NCBI GenBank assembly: GCA_963810095.1
Contig: CAWEMM010000010.1
Coordinates: 64,001 to 128,000 of the forward strand
Origin: an uncultured Chloroflexia bacterium
Lineage (GTDB): Bacteria > Chloroflexota > Anaerolineae > CG2-30-64-16
Length of the DNA stretch: 64,000 nt
Direction of reading: 5' to 3'
In this document: positions 1-10,600 of the stretch, in pieces
Layout: every line of letters starts with the position of its first letter
Position numbering within the stretch: position 1 is the first letter of the stretch
Notes under the pieces: model-generated
Told to the model about the DNA's origin: nothing
Databases searched by the model: none
The model's input: the letters and a program-made list of their open reading frames with translations, nothing else
Translations under genes and position numbers: made by a program

Positions 1-98
1 ACTACTACGAGGCATCGGGGACAGCGGCTGTGACGCTGGAATGGGAACGGACGGGGCCGCAGGGCGATGTGCTGTTTTTGCCGTTACTCCTACGCTAG
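1..98 (+). CDS. 3' end of a probable secreted protein (PA14-like tail) with C-terminal FLPLLLR motif
   Basis: Frame from base 3 reads YYEASGTAAVTLEWERTGPQGDVLFLPLLLR*. YYE..G.A...L.W resembles the end of PA14 domains. Partial at the window edge. Confidence 0.6.
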   Translation, partial: YYEASGTAAVTLEWERTGPQGDVLFLPLLLR

Positions 99-211
99 CA
101 AAGGCACGCTTACGCAGACGCCTGGCGACCTTCGGGAGTTGTCCGAGCGCAAGCTTGGCAACCCCGAAGGTAAGCACCACATTCGAGTCTTGAATCGGGG
201 GCGCGCTCCCG

Positions 212-394
212 TTACCGCCTGGCCGGAATGAGCAGCCACAGCACCAGGTAGGGAATGAACCCGGGAAGCCCGCCTGGCACCAGCAGGATCATGAAAATGA
301 TCCGGAAGATCCACGGGCTCAGCCCGAAAAACGCGCCCAGGCCGCCACACACCCCCGCCACTACACCGTTCTGTCGTCGCAATTGATTGTTCAT
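212..394 (-). CDS. PspC-domain membrane protein
   Basis: LRR..GVVAGVCGGLG.FFG...W.FRI motif followed by a hydrophobic segment; GGAG RBS upstream of the ATG at 394. Confidence 0.85.
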   Translation of the reverse strand: MNNQLRRQNGVVAGVCGGLGAFFGLSPWIFRIIFMILLVPGGLPGFIPYLVLWLLIPARR

Positions 395-526
395 GGTCTC
401 CTCGGTCAACCTCATTGCCCGCAGGCACACAATCTCGATCTCACCTGTCTATACGCACCCCCGGTAGACAAGTTTCAGCCTGTTACCGTCGTCTGTGTGA
501 TATCGGTCATTGTCTGGCCGCTACCA

Positions 527-544
527 TTGTGGTAGATTTCACGG
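527..544 (+). promoter_or_regulatory. Rex/CRP-like palindrome TTGTGGTAGATTTCACGG upstream of the protease-focA genes
   Basis: TTGTG-N6-TTCAC core resembles the Rex consensus TTGTGAA-N4-TTCACAA. Confidence 0.35.
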
Positions 545-556
545 TTGGAAGGTGCC

Positions 557-1039
557 ATGCGAGTTCTTGTAATCGGTTACGGCAATCCCAGCCGGCAGGA
601 CGATGGGGTTGGGCTGGCGGTGGTGAATGGGCTGCGCGCCCATACGGGCCAGGCTCCGCTCGAAGAGGGGGACGACGGGTTCGACGACCTCGGCCGGGCC
701 CTGGACACGCTGTTTCTGCAGCAGCTCAGCCCGGAGTTGGCCGAGACCCTCACGGAGTACGATCACGTGGTGCTGGTCGACGCCCACTTCGGCATCTATC
801 CCGAGTTGGTCCACCGGGCCGTGCTCGATCCACACGTCGACGCCGCGATCGTCTCGCATCACTTCAAGCCCGGCACGCTCCTGGCGCTTGCCGGACAGCT
901 GTACGGTCACGCACCGACCGCGGAGCTGATCTCTGTGCGCGGTTACGCCTTCGACTTCACGTCCGAGCTCAGCCCCGAGACGGCAGCCGGCGTAAAGCAA
1001 GTCATCGAAGAACTGGCCGGTCGCTTCGGCCAGACCTGA
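557..1039 (+). CDS. hydrogenase maturation protease (peptidase A31)
   Basis: VLVIGYGNPSRQDDGVG, VDA and SHH motifs. Confidence 0.9.
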   Translation: MRVLVIGYGNPSRQDDGVGLAVVNGLRAHTGQAPLEEGDDGFDDLGRALDTLFLQQLSPELAETLTEYDHVVLVDAHFGIYPELVHRAVLDPHVDAAIVSHHFKPGTLLALAGQLYGHAPTAELISVRGYAFDFTSELSPETAAGVKQVIEELAGRFGQT

Positions 1040-1091
1040 ATCTATCCGGCCGTGCGCGGCCCATCCCCCACCTGTCACGGAGAGATATTAT

Positions 1092-1953
1092 ATGGCTAAC
1101 TCTGAGATCAGTGTCGACGCGTTGATGCCCGCCGAAATGGCGGCCAAGGCCGAAGCCACGGGCATTCGTAAGGCCGGCATGAACCTGTCCATCATGGCCG
1201 TGATGTCGATGCTGGCCGGCGCGTTCATCGCCGCCGGGGCATTTTTCTCGACCACGATCGTCGCGGGTGCGAGTGGCGTCTTGCCGTATGGCATCATTCG
1301 CCTGCTTGCAGGCGGCGCGTTCTGCATCGGCCTCATCCTGGTGATCGTGGCAGGCGCGGAGCTGTTCACCGGCAACAACCTCATTATTATGGCTTGGGCG
1401 GACCAGAAGGTGACCACTGCCAAGCTGCTGGAGAACTGGGGGGTGGTCTGGGTCGGTAACTTCGTGGGCGCGGTGCTGACCGCACTTCTCATGTTTGCCT
1501 CCAGGCAGTACACCTTCGGCGCCGGCTCGGTCGGGTACGCGGCGCTGAGCAGCGCGAACACGAAGGCCGGGCTGGATTTTTGGCAGGCGATCGCGCTGGG
1601 CATCCTGTGCAACGCGCTCGGTCTGCATCGCCGTGTGGCTCTGCTACAGCGCCCGCACCACGACGGACAAGATCCTCTCGATCATTTTTCCCATCACCGC
1701 GTTCGTCGCCTGCGGCTTCGAGCACAGTGTGGCGAACATGTATTACATCCCGATGGCCTTGCTGATCAAGAATTATGCGCCGGAGAGCTTCTGGGCCGCG
1801 ATCAAACACGTACCGGCCGACTTCCCGAATCTGACGATACAGAACATGTTCGTCAATAACCTGATCCCGGTGACAATCGGCAATATCATCGGTGGCACAG
1901 TCATGGTAGGTCTGGTATACTGGTTTGCATATTTGCGGCCGCGCCGCGCCTGA
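1092..1953 (+). CDS. focA: formate/nitrite transporter (FocA/FdhC family), frameshift near 1620
   Basis: GAELFTGN, GNFVG, GILCN in ORF 1092..1859; FVACGFEHSVANMY and PVTIGNIIGG in ORF 1633..1953. Confidence 0.9.
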
Positions 1954-1983
1954 TTGCGGCGCCCCACATTCAGCGGAGGCCCC

Positions 1984-2211
1984 ATGCGAGCGTACGTGCT
2001 GGTGAACACCCGGGCCGGCGAAGCCATCCACATCGCGCGCGACTTACGAAAGACGCCTGGCATCGTGCGGGCCGATTCCGTTTTCGGCACGTATGATGTC
2101 ATCGCGGAGGTCGAGGCCAAGGACCTGGTTAGCCTCGGTCGCCTGGTATTCGAGGGAATTCGCGTGCAACCCGGGGTGGTCGACACGCAAACCTGCCTGG
2201 CAATCGAATAA
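1984..2211 (+). CDS. stand-alone Lrp/AsnC ligand-binding (RAM) domain protein
   Basis: MRAYVLVN...VFGTYDVIAEVE...I...PGV..TQTC; GGAGG RBS. Confidence 0.85.
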   Translation: MRAYVLVNTRAGEAIHIARDLRKTPGIVRADSVFGTYDVIAEVEAKDLVSLGRLVFEGIRVQPGVVDTQTCLAIE

Positions 2212-2214
2212 CGC

Positions 2215-2244
2215 AAAAGGTCGGGGACTTTGCCCCGACCTTTT
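2215..2244. terminator. bidirectional intrinsic terminator
   Basis: AAAAGGTCGGGG-loop-CCCCGACCTTTT between convergent genes. Confidence 0.8.
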
Positions 2245-2278
2245 CTGTCCGGCATCGCGCATCACCGCGCCTGCAGCC

Positions 2279-2791
2279 CTACCCTTTGGCGTCGCCGTCC
2301 GCTTCCGCGGCGCAAAAATCGCCTCCGGCAAGTGCCTGCAGGTTGCAGCGCATTTGCGCAAGCACGGCCACGGCGCTCGACAACTGCTCGGGCTCGATGC
2401 TGCGGATCGCCAACCGCTGGAACTCCTGGCCGCGCTTGATCAGCGACTCGACCATCGCTTCCCCTTTCGGGGTAAGCGCCACGAGCGTGAACCGGTTATC
2501 CTTCGGATCGGCGCGGCGCTGCAGCAACCCCTCCGCCTCCAACTGCTTGACCTGGCGCGTAATCGTCGCGCCGTCAACCTCGAGCCGGCGCTGCAGATCC
2601 GCCTGGCTGACCTCGCCGCGAGCATACATATCGGCGAGCATGCGCAGCCGCGACATCGCGATCCCGACGAAGCTTTCGAACGCCGTGCGCAACACGTGGC
2701 CCGTCAGCGCCAGCGATAGCAGCATGGACTCGTTCCAGTTCCCCGGCAGCAGGTTCTCGGCCAGCGCCGTCTTGTCTACTTTACTCATCAT
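2279..2791 (-). CDS. MarR-family transcriptional regulator
   Basis: SQADL...L.VDGATITRQVKQLEAEGLLQR..DP.D.R...V.LT.KG; divergent from the efflux operon; start uncertain. Confidence 0.9.
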   Translation of the reverse strand: MMSKVDKTALAENLLPGNWNESMLLSLALTGHVLRTAFESFVGIAMSRLRMLADMYARGEVSQADLQRRLEVDGATITRQVKQLEAEGLLQRRADPKDNRFTLVALTPKGEAMVESLIKRGQEFQRLAIRSIEPEQLSSAVAVLAQMRCNLQALAGGDFCAAEADGDAKG

Positions 2792-3020
2792 TTCCTCATG
2801 AAACTTCGTGGACCCAAGCACGTATAATCACTATAGCAGGAATAAACGAGCGCGTCAATAATTGGGTCTGCAATCATTGTGTGTGAAACCATTGATCGAT
2901 AAACTATTGCGAGTCAAACTGTTGCATGTGCCATAATTGACGTCGTCAAGGAACTGGGTATAATCAGGGAATGCGGCCGGATGTGAGGCCGCTTTGTAAT
3001 GCGAAGGGACAAAGACAGGA

Positions 3021-4616
3021 ATGGCAACTTCATCGTCGACGAATCTGCGGCGGCGCTCGTCGTCTCGCCGCTGGATTGTATTCGTAGTCGTGGCGCTGGT
3101 GGCAGTCGTTGCGGCCGTGCTGATTTTCGGCCGGAGCTCCAGCCGGGCGGCGACGGACTTGCCCGCGACCACCAACGTGACGCGCGGCGCGTTAACTGCC
3201 ACGGTGGCGGGCAGCGGCTCGGTCGCGGCCGAGCAGACCGTGAACCTGCCGTTTACCTCGGCGGGTACTGTGATCGAAGTGCTTGTTAAGGATGGGGAAG
3301 CGGTCAAGGCGGGCCAGGTATTGGCCAAGCTGGATGACCGGGCCGCACAGCTTCAGCTGGCTTCGGCCCAGGGCAGCCTGGACAGCGCCATGGCGCGCCT
3401 TGCGCAGGCGCAGCAGGGCAACGCGCGGACGGAAGATCTGGCGGGCGCGAACGCACAGCTGGCGGCCGCGCAAGCAAACTACGACAAAGCCACGAAGGGC
3501 GGCACGGTCGCGGATCGGGCCGCGGCACAGGCAGCAGTGAAGAGCGCGCAAGCGGCCTATGATGCTGCAGTGAAATCGGCCGGCTCCTCGTCGTCGCAGC
3601 TCGAGGCTGCGCGTGCCGCACTCGAAAAGACCACGAACGCTCTGAAACAGGCCCAAGCCAATTATGACCGTGTCGCAAGCGCGCCCGACATTGGACGTAG
3701 GCCCGAGTCCGTCGCGCTGCAAAATGCCACGGTGGACCACGAGCAGGCGCTGGCGAACTACAACGCGCTGCTGAATACGTCGGGCACGGACGCGCAGTCG
3801 CGCATCGCCTCGGCGTCGGCGCAGCTGGCGCAGGCTAGAGCCAACCTAAACAAGCTCACGCCCAGCGCGGAGGACCTTGCGGCGGCCAAGGCGAATCTCG
3901 ACCAGGCGAAGGCGACTGTGGCCAAGCTGACCGCGCCGGCGACCCAGCTCGACCAGCAGATCGCCCAGGCCGCGGTCAGCCAGGCCGAAGCAGCGGTGAA
4001 ACAGGCGGAGCTGGCGGTGGACAACACCGTGCTCAAGGCGCCGTTCGACGGACTGGTCGCACAGGTGAACGCCGTTCCGGGCAGCGCAGCGAATGCTGCC
4101 ACCGCGGCGCTGCGCCTGATCAACCGCAACCCGCTCCATGTCGATCTGCGACTGAGCGAGAACGACGTCGCGCAGGTCCAGATGGGCCAGGACGTCACCC
4201 TGACCATCCAGTCGCTGGGCGATTGGAGCACGAAGGGCCAGGTCAGCTATATCGCGCCCGCGGCCGACAACAACAACGGCCTGGTCACCTATCCCGTCCG
4301 TGTCTCGTTCGCCGACAACGACCCGCGCGTCAAAGTGGGCATGACTGCGGACTTGAAGATCGTGACCGCGCTCAAGGAAAACGTGCTCCTGGTGCCGAAT
4401 ACCGCGCTGCTGCCCAAGGGCAGCGGCCGGGTGGTGCAGGTTCCTGCACAGGATGCCAGCGGCAAGGCAACCACGCAAGAGGTTGACGTGCAAACCGGCT
4501 TGACCGACGGCACGATGACCGAGATCACGACGGGCCTGCAGGAAGGCCAGCAGATCATCGCACTGCCCAGCAACGGCGCCTCGCGCCGTGGCGGCATGGG
4601 GTTCTTCGGCGGATGA
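3021..4616 (+). CDS. MacA-like periplasmic adaptor (membrane fusion protein)
   Basis: N-terminal TM, GTV.EV.VK.GE.VKAGQVLA lipoyl-like motif, long Ala/Gln coiled coil, LKAPFDG. Confidence 0.9.
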   Translation: MATSSSTNLRRRSSSRRWIVFVVVALVAVVAAVLIFGRSSSRAATDLPATTNVTRGALTATVAGSGSVAAEQTVNLPFTSAGTVIEVLVKDGEAVKAGQVLAKLDDRAAQLQLASAQGSLDSAMARLAQAQQGNARTEDLAGANAQLAAAQANYDKATKGGTVADRAAAQAAVKSAQAAYDAAVKSAGSSSSQLEAARAALEKTTNALKQAQANYDRVASAPDIGRRPESVALQNATVDHEQALANYNALLNTSGTDAQSRIASASAQLAQARANLNKLTPSAEDLAAAKANLDQAKATVAKLTAPATQLDQQIAQAAVSQAEAAVKQAELAVDNTVLKAPFDGLVAQVNAVPGSAANAATAALRLINRNPLHVDLRLSENDVAQVQMGQDVTLTIQSLGDWSTKGQVSYIAPAADNNNGLVTYPVRVSFADNDPRVKVGMTADLKIVTALKENVLLVPNTALLPKGSGRVVQVPAQDASGKATTQEVDVQTGLTDGTMTEITTGLQEGQQIIALPSNGASRRGGMGFFGG

Positions 4617-5437
4617 ACGCGAACTTGAACGCCAGCGCGGCCACGGCCGCCTCGGGTCGCTATGCTATTGCCGAAGCGGCCGACGTGCCCGAGGGGAACA
4701 CCATGATATCTGTGCGAGACCTGTGCAAGGTCTACCACATGGGGCCGGCCGATGCGACCGCGATCGAGGTGCGGGCCCTGTGCGGCGTGTCGTTCGACAT
4801 TCGTCGGGGCGAGTTCGTCGCCATCATCGGCCACAGCGGCAGCGGCAAGAGCACGTTGATGAACATGCTCGGCTGCCTGGACACGCCCAGCAGCGGCACC
4901 TACAGCCTGGACGGCGTGGAAACGCAGAGCCTCAGCGACGACGACCTCGCACTTGTGCGCAGCACGCGGCTTGGATTCGTGTTCCAGCAGTACAATCTGC
5001 TGCCGCGCCAGACCGCGCTACGCAACGTCGAGATGCCCCTCATCTATCGGGGCATTACGGCCGGCGAGCGGCGTGAACGGGCGGAAATCGCTTTGCGGAT
5101 GGTGGGGATGGGCGACCGGATGCACCACCGGCCGAGCCAACTGAGCGGCGGGCAACAGCAGCGCGTCGCGATCGCGCGCTCGTTGGTGGGCAGCCCCGCG
5201 GTGATCCTGGCCGACGAGCCGACCGGCGCGCTCGACACCCGCACCAGCGTCGAGATCATGGACATTCTGACGAACCTCAACCGGCAGCAGGGCTTGACCG
5301 TGGTGGTTGTGACGCATGAAGCAGACGTTGCCGCTTACGCGAGCCGGGTGCTGACCCTGCGCGATGGCGCGCTGGTCGGTGACGGCAAGCGGCCGGCCGG
5401 GCTGCGGCAACCCGCGGCGGAAGGAGCTGCAGCATGA
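4613..5437 (+). CDS. ABC transporter ATP-binding protein (MacB/LolD type)
   Basis: GHSGSGKST, LSGGQQQRVAIAR, ILADEPTGALD; start may lie further downstream. Confidence 0.95.
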   Translation: MNANLNASAATAASGRYAIAEAADVPEGNTMISVRDLCKVYHMGPADATAIEVRALCGVSFDIRRGEFVAIIGHSGSGKSTLMNMLGCLDTPSSGTYSLDGVETQSLSDDDLALVRSTRLGFVFQQYNLLPRQTALRNVEMPLIYRGITAGERRERAEIALRMVGMGDRMHHRPSQLSGGQQQRVAIARSLVGSPAVILADEPTGALDTRTSVEIMDILTNLNRQQGLTVVVVTHEADVAAYASRVLTLRDGALVGDGKRPAGLRQPAAEGAAA

Positions 5438-6783
5438 CGACGTCTGTCGAGATGAAGTCGGCCAACCTGGCCGCAAACGTGACGCGTGAGCTGATGCTGC
5501 CGCCGCTGAACCCCGACCACACGGGCGGGCTCAGCTTCGGCATCCTCATCCGCGAGTCATTGGACAGCCTACTGGCGAACAAGGGTCGGGCGCTTCTGAC
5601 CATGCTCGGCGTCATCATCGGCGTGGCGTCGGTCGTCGCGCTGATGGCGCTGGGCAACGGAGCCAGCGCCGAGATCACGGGCCAGGTGGAGAGCGCGGGG
5701 ACGAACCTCATCTTTGTCATGCCCAGCTCGCCCAGCAGCAACATGCAGTTGCGCGGCCAGTCTATGATGCAGGGCACGACGCCGCAAACCCTGACGGTGG
5801 ATGATGCTTCGGCGATCGCTGGCCTGGGTCTGCCGGTCAACGGTGTGGCCTCGACCTTTAGCGGCGGCGCTGAGATGGTGGCAGCGGCCGCAAGCGCCTT
5901 TACCCAGGTCGCAGGCACGAACGCGGCCTACTTCGCGCTCAACGAGCTCAGTGCGGCGCAAGGGGCGCTCTTTACCGACGCTCAGGACCGCACGGGCGAG
6001 CCCGTCGTGGTGCTGGGTGCAAACGTCGCGAAGGACCTCTTCGGCGATGGGGAGGCGATCGGGCAAAGCGTGCGGGTCAAGGACACGATGCTGCGCGTGG
6101 TTGGCGTCTTGGCCGAGAAGGGCGGCGGCGGGTTCGGCTCGGTGGACGACCAGGCTTTCGTACCCATCTCGCTGGCACAGACGCGCCTCTTCAGCGCGCG
6201 CACGCCCGACGGCAACAGCTTCCGGGTCGCCAACGTGCTGATTTCGGCCAAAAACGCGGACGACATCCACGCGATCCAGGACCGCATCGCGGTGCTGCTG
6301 CGCGAGCGGCATCGCCTCAACCCGGACGGCAGCGAGGACGATTTCCGCCTCTTCAACCAGGCTTCGTTTGTCAGCATCCTGAACAACATCACTGGCCTGC
6401 TCACCACGTTCCTGGCGGCCATTGCGGCCATCTCGCTTCTGGTCGGCGGCATCGGGATTATGAACATCATGCTCGTGAGCGTGACAGAGCGGACGCGTGA
6501 GATCGGCCTGCGCAAGGCCGTCGGAGCGCGCGCCAACGACATCCTGATGCAGTTCATCGTCGAGGCCTTGGTTATCAGCCTGCTCGGCGGCCTGATCGGC
6601 ATGGCACTGGGCATGCTCGTTGCGCTGCTGGTGAGCGTGCTCGGCATCCTGACGCCGGTCATCACCGCCAGCTCTGTCTTGCTGGCGCTCGGCTTCTCGA
6701 TGGCAGTCGGCCTCTTCTTCGGGATCTACCCGGCCCGCCGCGCGGCCCGCCTGAACCCGATCGACGCGCTGCGGTACGAGTAG
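5434..6783 (+). CDS. MacB/FtsX-family ABC permease
   Basis: LTMLGVIIGV, GIGIMNIMLVSVTERTREIGLRKAVGA, PIDALRYE. Confidence 0.95.
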   Translation: MTTSVEMKSANLAANVTRELMLPPLNPDHTGGLSFGILIRESLDSLLANKGRALLTMLGVIIGVASVVALMALGNGASAEITGQVESAGTNLIFVMPSSPSSNMQLRGQSMMQGTTPQTLTVDDASAIAGLGLPVNGVASTFSGGAEMVAAAASAFTQVAGTNAAYFALNELSAAQGALFTDAQDRTGEPVVVLGANVAKDLFGDGEAIGQSVRVKDTMLRVVGVLAEKGGGGFGSVDDQAFVPISLAQTRLFSARTPDGNSFRVANVLISAKNADDIHAIQDRIAVLLRERHRLNPDGSEDDFRLFNQASFVSILNNITGLLTTFLAAIAAISLLVGGIGIMNIMLVSVTERTREIGLRKAVGARANDILMQFIVEALVISLLGGLIGMALGMLVALLVSVLGILTPVITASSVLLALGFSMAVGLFFGIYPARRAARLNPIDALRYE

Positions 6784-6793
6784 CAGCGCACCA

Positions 6794-6921
6794 TTTGGAA
6801 CGCGAAGTCGCGAAGGTGCACGAAGCGAGCGAACGCGGGAAGCACGAAGAACGCGAATGACGAAGCGCACGAGGGAGCGGAACCCTCGTGCGCTTCGTCA
6901 TTCGCGCGTTGGTGTTCCAAA
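6794..6921. repeat. palindromic repeat of CGCGAAG/CACGAAG units (variant of family A)
   Basis: Outer TTTGGAAC...GTTCCAAA; perfect 24-bp inner stem 6852-6875/6883-6906. Confidence 0.75.
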
Positions 6922-7100
6922 CCCATGCCCCCCTCTTTTGCCCCGTTTTGCACGATCTTTGTACAGTGTGACCGCTGTCATTGTCTCGCTGCTGCGTAGC
7001 TGATACAGTGCGCCTGCTGGCATTAGCGCGCGTGTTCACGCGGGCGCTCCAGCCTGCTCATCCGCAGACATAACTTTAAGCACACACCACCGGGGGTACG

Positions 7101-7652
7101 ATGGTTGTCGCTCCTGTTCCTGATACGCTTGACTTTGCGCCTCTGGCCGCTATTCTCGACCGCTTCGCTGCGCGTTCGGGGGCGGCTGCAACCGGTTCGC
7201 TGATCCCCATCCTCCAGGCCGCGCAGGCCGCATACGGCTACCTGCCGCCTGAAATCCTGCAGTTCATCGCGGACCGCCTCGACCTCTCCCTGGGCAAGGT
7301 GTACGGCGTCGCTACGTTTTACGCGCAGTTCTACCTGGAGAAGCGCGGGCGCCACGTGCTGCGCGTCTGCGACGGCACCGCGTGCCACGTGAAAGGCGCA
7401 CCGGCCCTGATGGGCGCGATCGAGGAGAACTACGGCATCGAGCCGGACGCGACCACCGACGATGGACAGCTGACGATGGAGATCGTCTATTGCATGGGTT
7501 CCTGCGCGCTTGCGCCGGTCGCCGTGCTCGACGGGCAGGTGGTGGGCCGGGTGAAGCGTGAGACGCTGCTGCGCCAGCTCGACCGGCAGCTCCAACTCGA
7601 CCGGCAGGTCGAGGTGGAGCGTCAATCGGGCGCGGCCAAGGCGGAGGGATGA
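7101..7652 (+). CDS. NuoE/HydC-like [2Fe-2S] subunit
   Basis: LIPILQ.AQ..YGYLP, VATFYAQF, CDGTAC...CMGSC. Confidence 0.93.
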   Translation: MVVAPVPDTLDFAPLAAILDRFAARSGAAATGSLIPILQAAQAAYGYLPPEILQFIADRLDLSLGKVYGVATFYAQFYLEKRGRHVLRVCDGTACHVKGAPALMGAIEENYGIEPDATTDDGQLTMEIVYCMGSCALAPVAVLDGQVVGRVKRETLLRQLDRQLQLDRQVEVERQSGAAKAEG

Positions 7653-10600
7653 TGGACGGCGAACGAGTGACGCAGCAACTGGACGCGCTGGGAGCCCGCC
7701 GTGCGGCCGCCAAGCGGCGTTGGGAAACCCGCACGATCGGGGCAGACCTTTACGTCACGGTCGGCATGGGCACATGCGGCCTGGCGGCAGGGGCCGACGA
7801 AGCGGTCGAGGCGATCCGGCAGGAAACGTCACGGCGCGGGTTGAATGCCGAGATCGGCCGGGTCGGGTGCGTGGGCATGTGCTCCTACGAGCCCATGATC
7901 GAGCTGCAGGCCCACGACAAGGGTCGCATGAACTACGGGCAGGCAACGGCCGAGAATATCCCCGAGATCTTCGCAGCCTACTATGACGGGGCGCCTCTGG
8001 CGAACGCCGTCGTAGTTGGTGAGGTGGTTCCGAATGCAACGGTGCATGCGGGCCACCTGCTCAATACCCTCGCCTTCGTGCATCCAAAGCAGCACGACCG
8101 CATCCCCTTCCAGCAGAAGCAGATGCGCGTCGTCCTGTCGAACTGCGGCCTGATCGATCCGGAATCGCTGGACGATTACCTGGCGATGGACGGTTATAGC
8201 GGACTCGAGAAGGCACTGTGCGAAATGACGCCCGAGGGCGTGATCGACGAACTGGTGCGCTCGGGCCTGCGGGGCCGCGGCGGCGGCGGCTTCTCCACTG
8301 GCACGAAGTGGAAGCTGGCGCGCCAGACGCAGCGCTGGCCGAAATACGTGATCTGCAACGCGGACGAGGGCGATCCGGGCGCATTCATGGACCGTTCGAC
8401 GCTCGAAGGCGATCCCCACTCGCTCGTCGAGGGGATGATCCTCGCGGGATACGCCATCGGCGCGGAGATGGGCTACATCTACTGCCGCGCCGAGTACCCG
8501 CTGGCGATCAGCCGGCTCGAGCGGGCCCTGGCGCAGGCGCGCGAGCTCGGCCTCCTGGGCGAACACATCCTTGGCAGCGACTTCTCCTTCGACATCCAGG
8601 TTAAGGAAGGCGCTGGCGCGTTCGTCTGCGGCGAAGAGACCGCGCTGATGGCCTCCATTCAGGGCGAGCGCGGGCAGCCGTGGCCGCGGCCCCCGTACCC
8701 CGCCGTTGCGGGCCTGTGGGGCCAGCCCTCCAACGTCAACAACGTCAAGAGCTACGCGTATGCCCCCCGCATCATCCGTCTCGGCGCGGACTGGTTCAAG
8801 TCCCTCGGCACCGAAAGCAGCCCGGGCACTGCCGTGTTCGCCCTCAGCGGCATGGTCAACCGCACTGGCCTGATCGAGATCCCGATGGGCGTCACGCTCG
8901 GCGAGATCATCTACGAGATTGGCGGCGGCGTGCCCGATGGGCGCAAGTTCAAGGCCGTGCAGACGGGCGGCCCGCTCGGCGGCTGCCTGCCCGAGGCGTA
9001 CCTCGACACGCCGGTCGATTTCGACTCGCTGCGCGCCGCGGGCGCGGTGATGGGCTCGGGCGGCATGATCGTGGCCGACGAGACCACGTGCATGGTCGAG
9101 TTCTCCAAGTACTTTATGAAGTTTGTCGTCGACGAAAGCTGCGGGAAGTGCCCGCCTTGCCGGATTGGCAGCACCCGCATGCTCGAGATCCTGGAGCGGA
9201 TCAGCGTGGGCAAGGGCGAACTGGCCGATATCGACGCGCTGAAGTATTGGGCCGACGGAATGCAGAAGGGCTCGCTGTGCGCGCTCGGACAGCTGGCGCC
9301 GTCTCCGGTGATGTCAGCGCTGCGCCACTTCGAAGACGAGTTCCTCACCCACATCAAGGAAGCCCGCTGCCAGGCGGCCGGCTGCCAGATGCTGGTGCGG
9401 GCACGCTGCGTCAGCGCCTGTCCGGCCAACGTGGATGTACCCGCGTACCTTTCGCTCATCGCCCAGGGCCGCTACGCCGAGGCGCTCGACGTTCACCGCG
9501 ACTCCAACCCCTTCCCTTCCATCTGCGGCCGGGTGTGCCCCGCCTTCTGCGAGACGCGCTGCCGCCGCGGCGACATTGACGAGCCGATCGCAATTCGCCA
9601 GGCCAAGCGGTTCATGGCCGACCACGAGTTCGACGTGCCCTGGACGCCGCCCAAGACCGCGCCGAGCAAGGGGATCAAGGTCGCCGTGATCGGCGCAGGG
9701 CCGTGCGGCTTGACGGCTGCCTTGCGCCTCGTGCAGCGCGGCTACCAGGTGACCGTCTTCGAGCGCATGCCGCTGCCCGGGGGCATGATGACCTACGGCA
9801 TCCCGGCGTATCGCCTGCCGCGCGAGGCGCTCTTCGCAGAGATCGAGCATATCTGGCGGTCGGGCGTCGAGTTCCGCTGCAACATGGAGCTGGGCGCGGA
9901 CTTTACCATTAAGAGCTTGAAGGACGAGGGCTACCAGGCGATTGTGCTGTCGCTCGGCGCGCACCGCAGCCGTAACCTGGGCGTCAAGGGCGAGGACAAG
10001 AAGGGCGTCTACCACGCGGTCCAGATGCTCCGGGATATTGCCTCCGACGAACCGCCCGACTTGCGCGGCAAGCGTGTGATCGTCGTCGGCGGCGGCGACA
10101 CTGCCATGGACGCGGCCCGTTCAGCGTGGCGTCTCGGCGCAAGCGAGGTTCACGTTGTGTACCGCCGCGACCGGGGTGACATGCCCGCCACGCACGAAGA
10201 GGTCGAGGGCGCGATCGAGGAAGGCGTCAAATTCCACTTCCTCGTGAACCCGGTTGCCGTTCTGGGCGACGAGTACGTGACGGGCATCCGGCTGCAGCGC
10301 CAACGCCTGGGCGAGTACGACTCGAGCGGACGCCGGAAGCCGGTGCCGGTCCAGGGGGCTGAGTTCGACATGCCGTGCGACCTGCTGATTCCCGCGATCG
10401 GGCAGATCACGTGGGTGCAGGACGAGAGCCTGGGCATTCACCGGGCGGCCACGTTCGACGTGGGCAAGGCATTCGAGCTGAATGTGCCCGGCGTCTTTGC
10501 GGCCGGCGACGCGGTGGGTGGACCGGGCACGGTGGTCCAGTCGGTCGGGCACGGCAATCTCGTCGCGAAGGCCGTCGATGCCTACCTGACAACCGGAGAG

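Noticed and set aside
3400-4020. Ala/Gln-rich repeats in the adaptor protein
   Set aside because: This is the ordinary alpha-helical hairpin of membrane fusion proteins.
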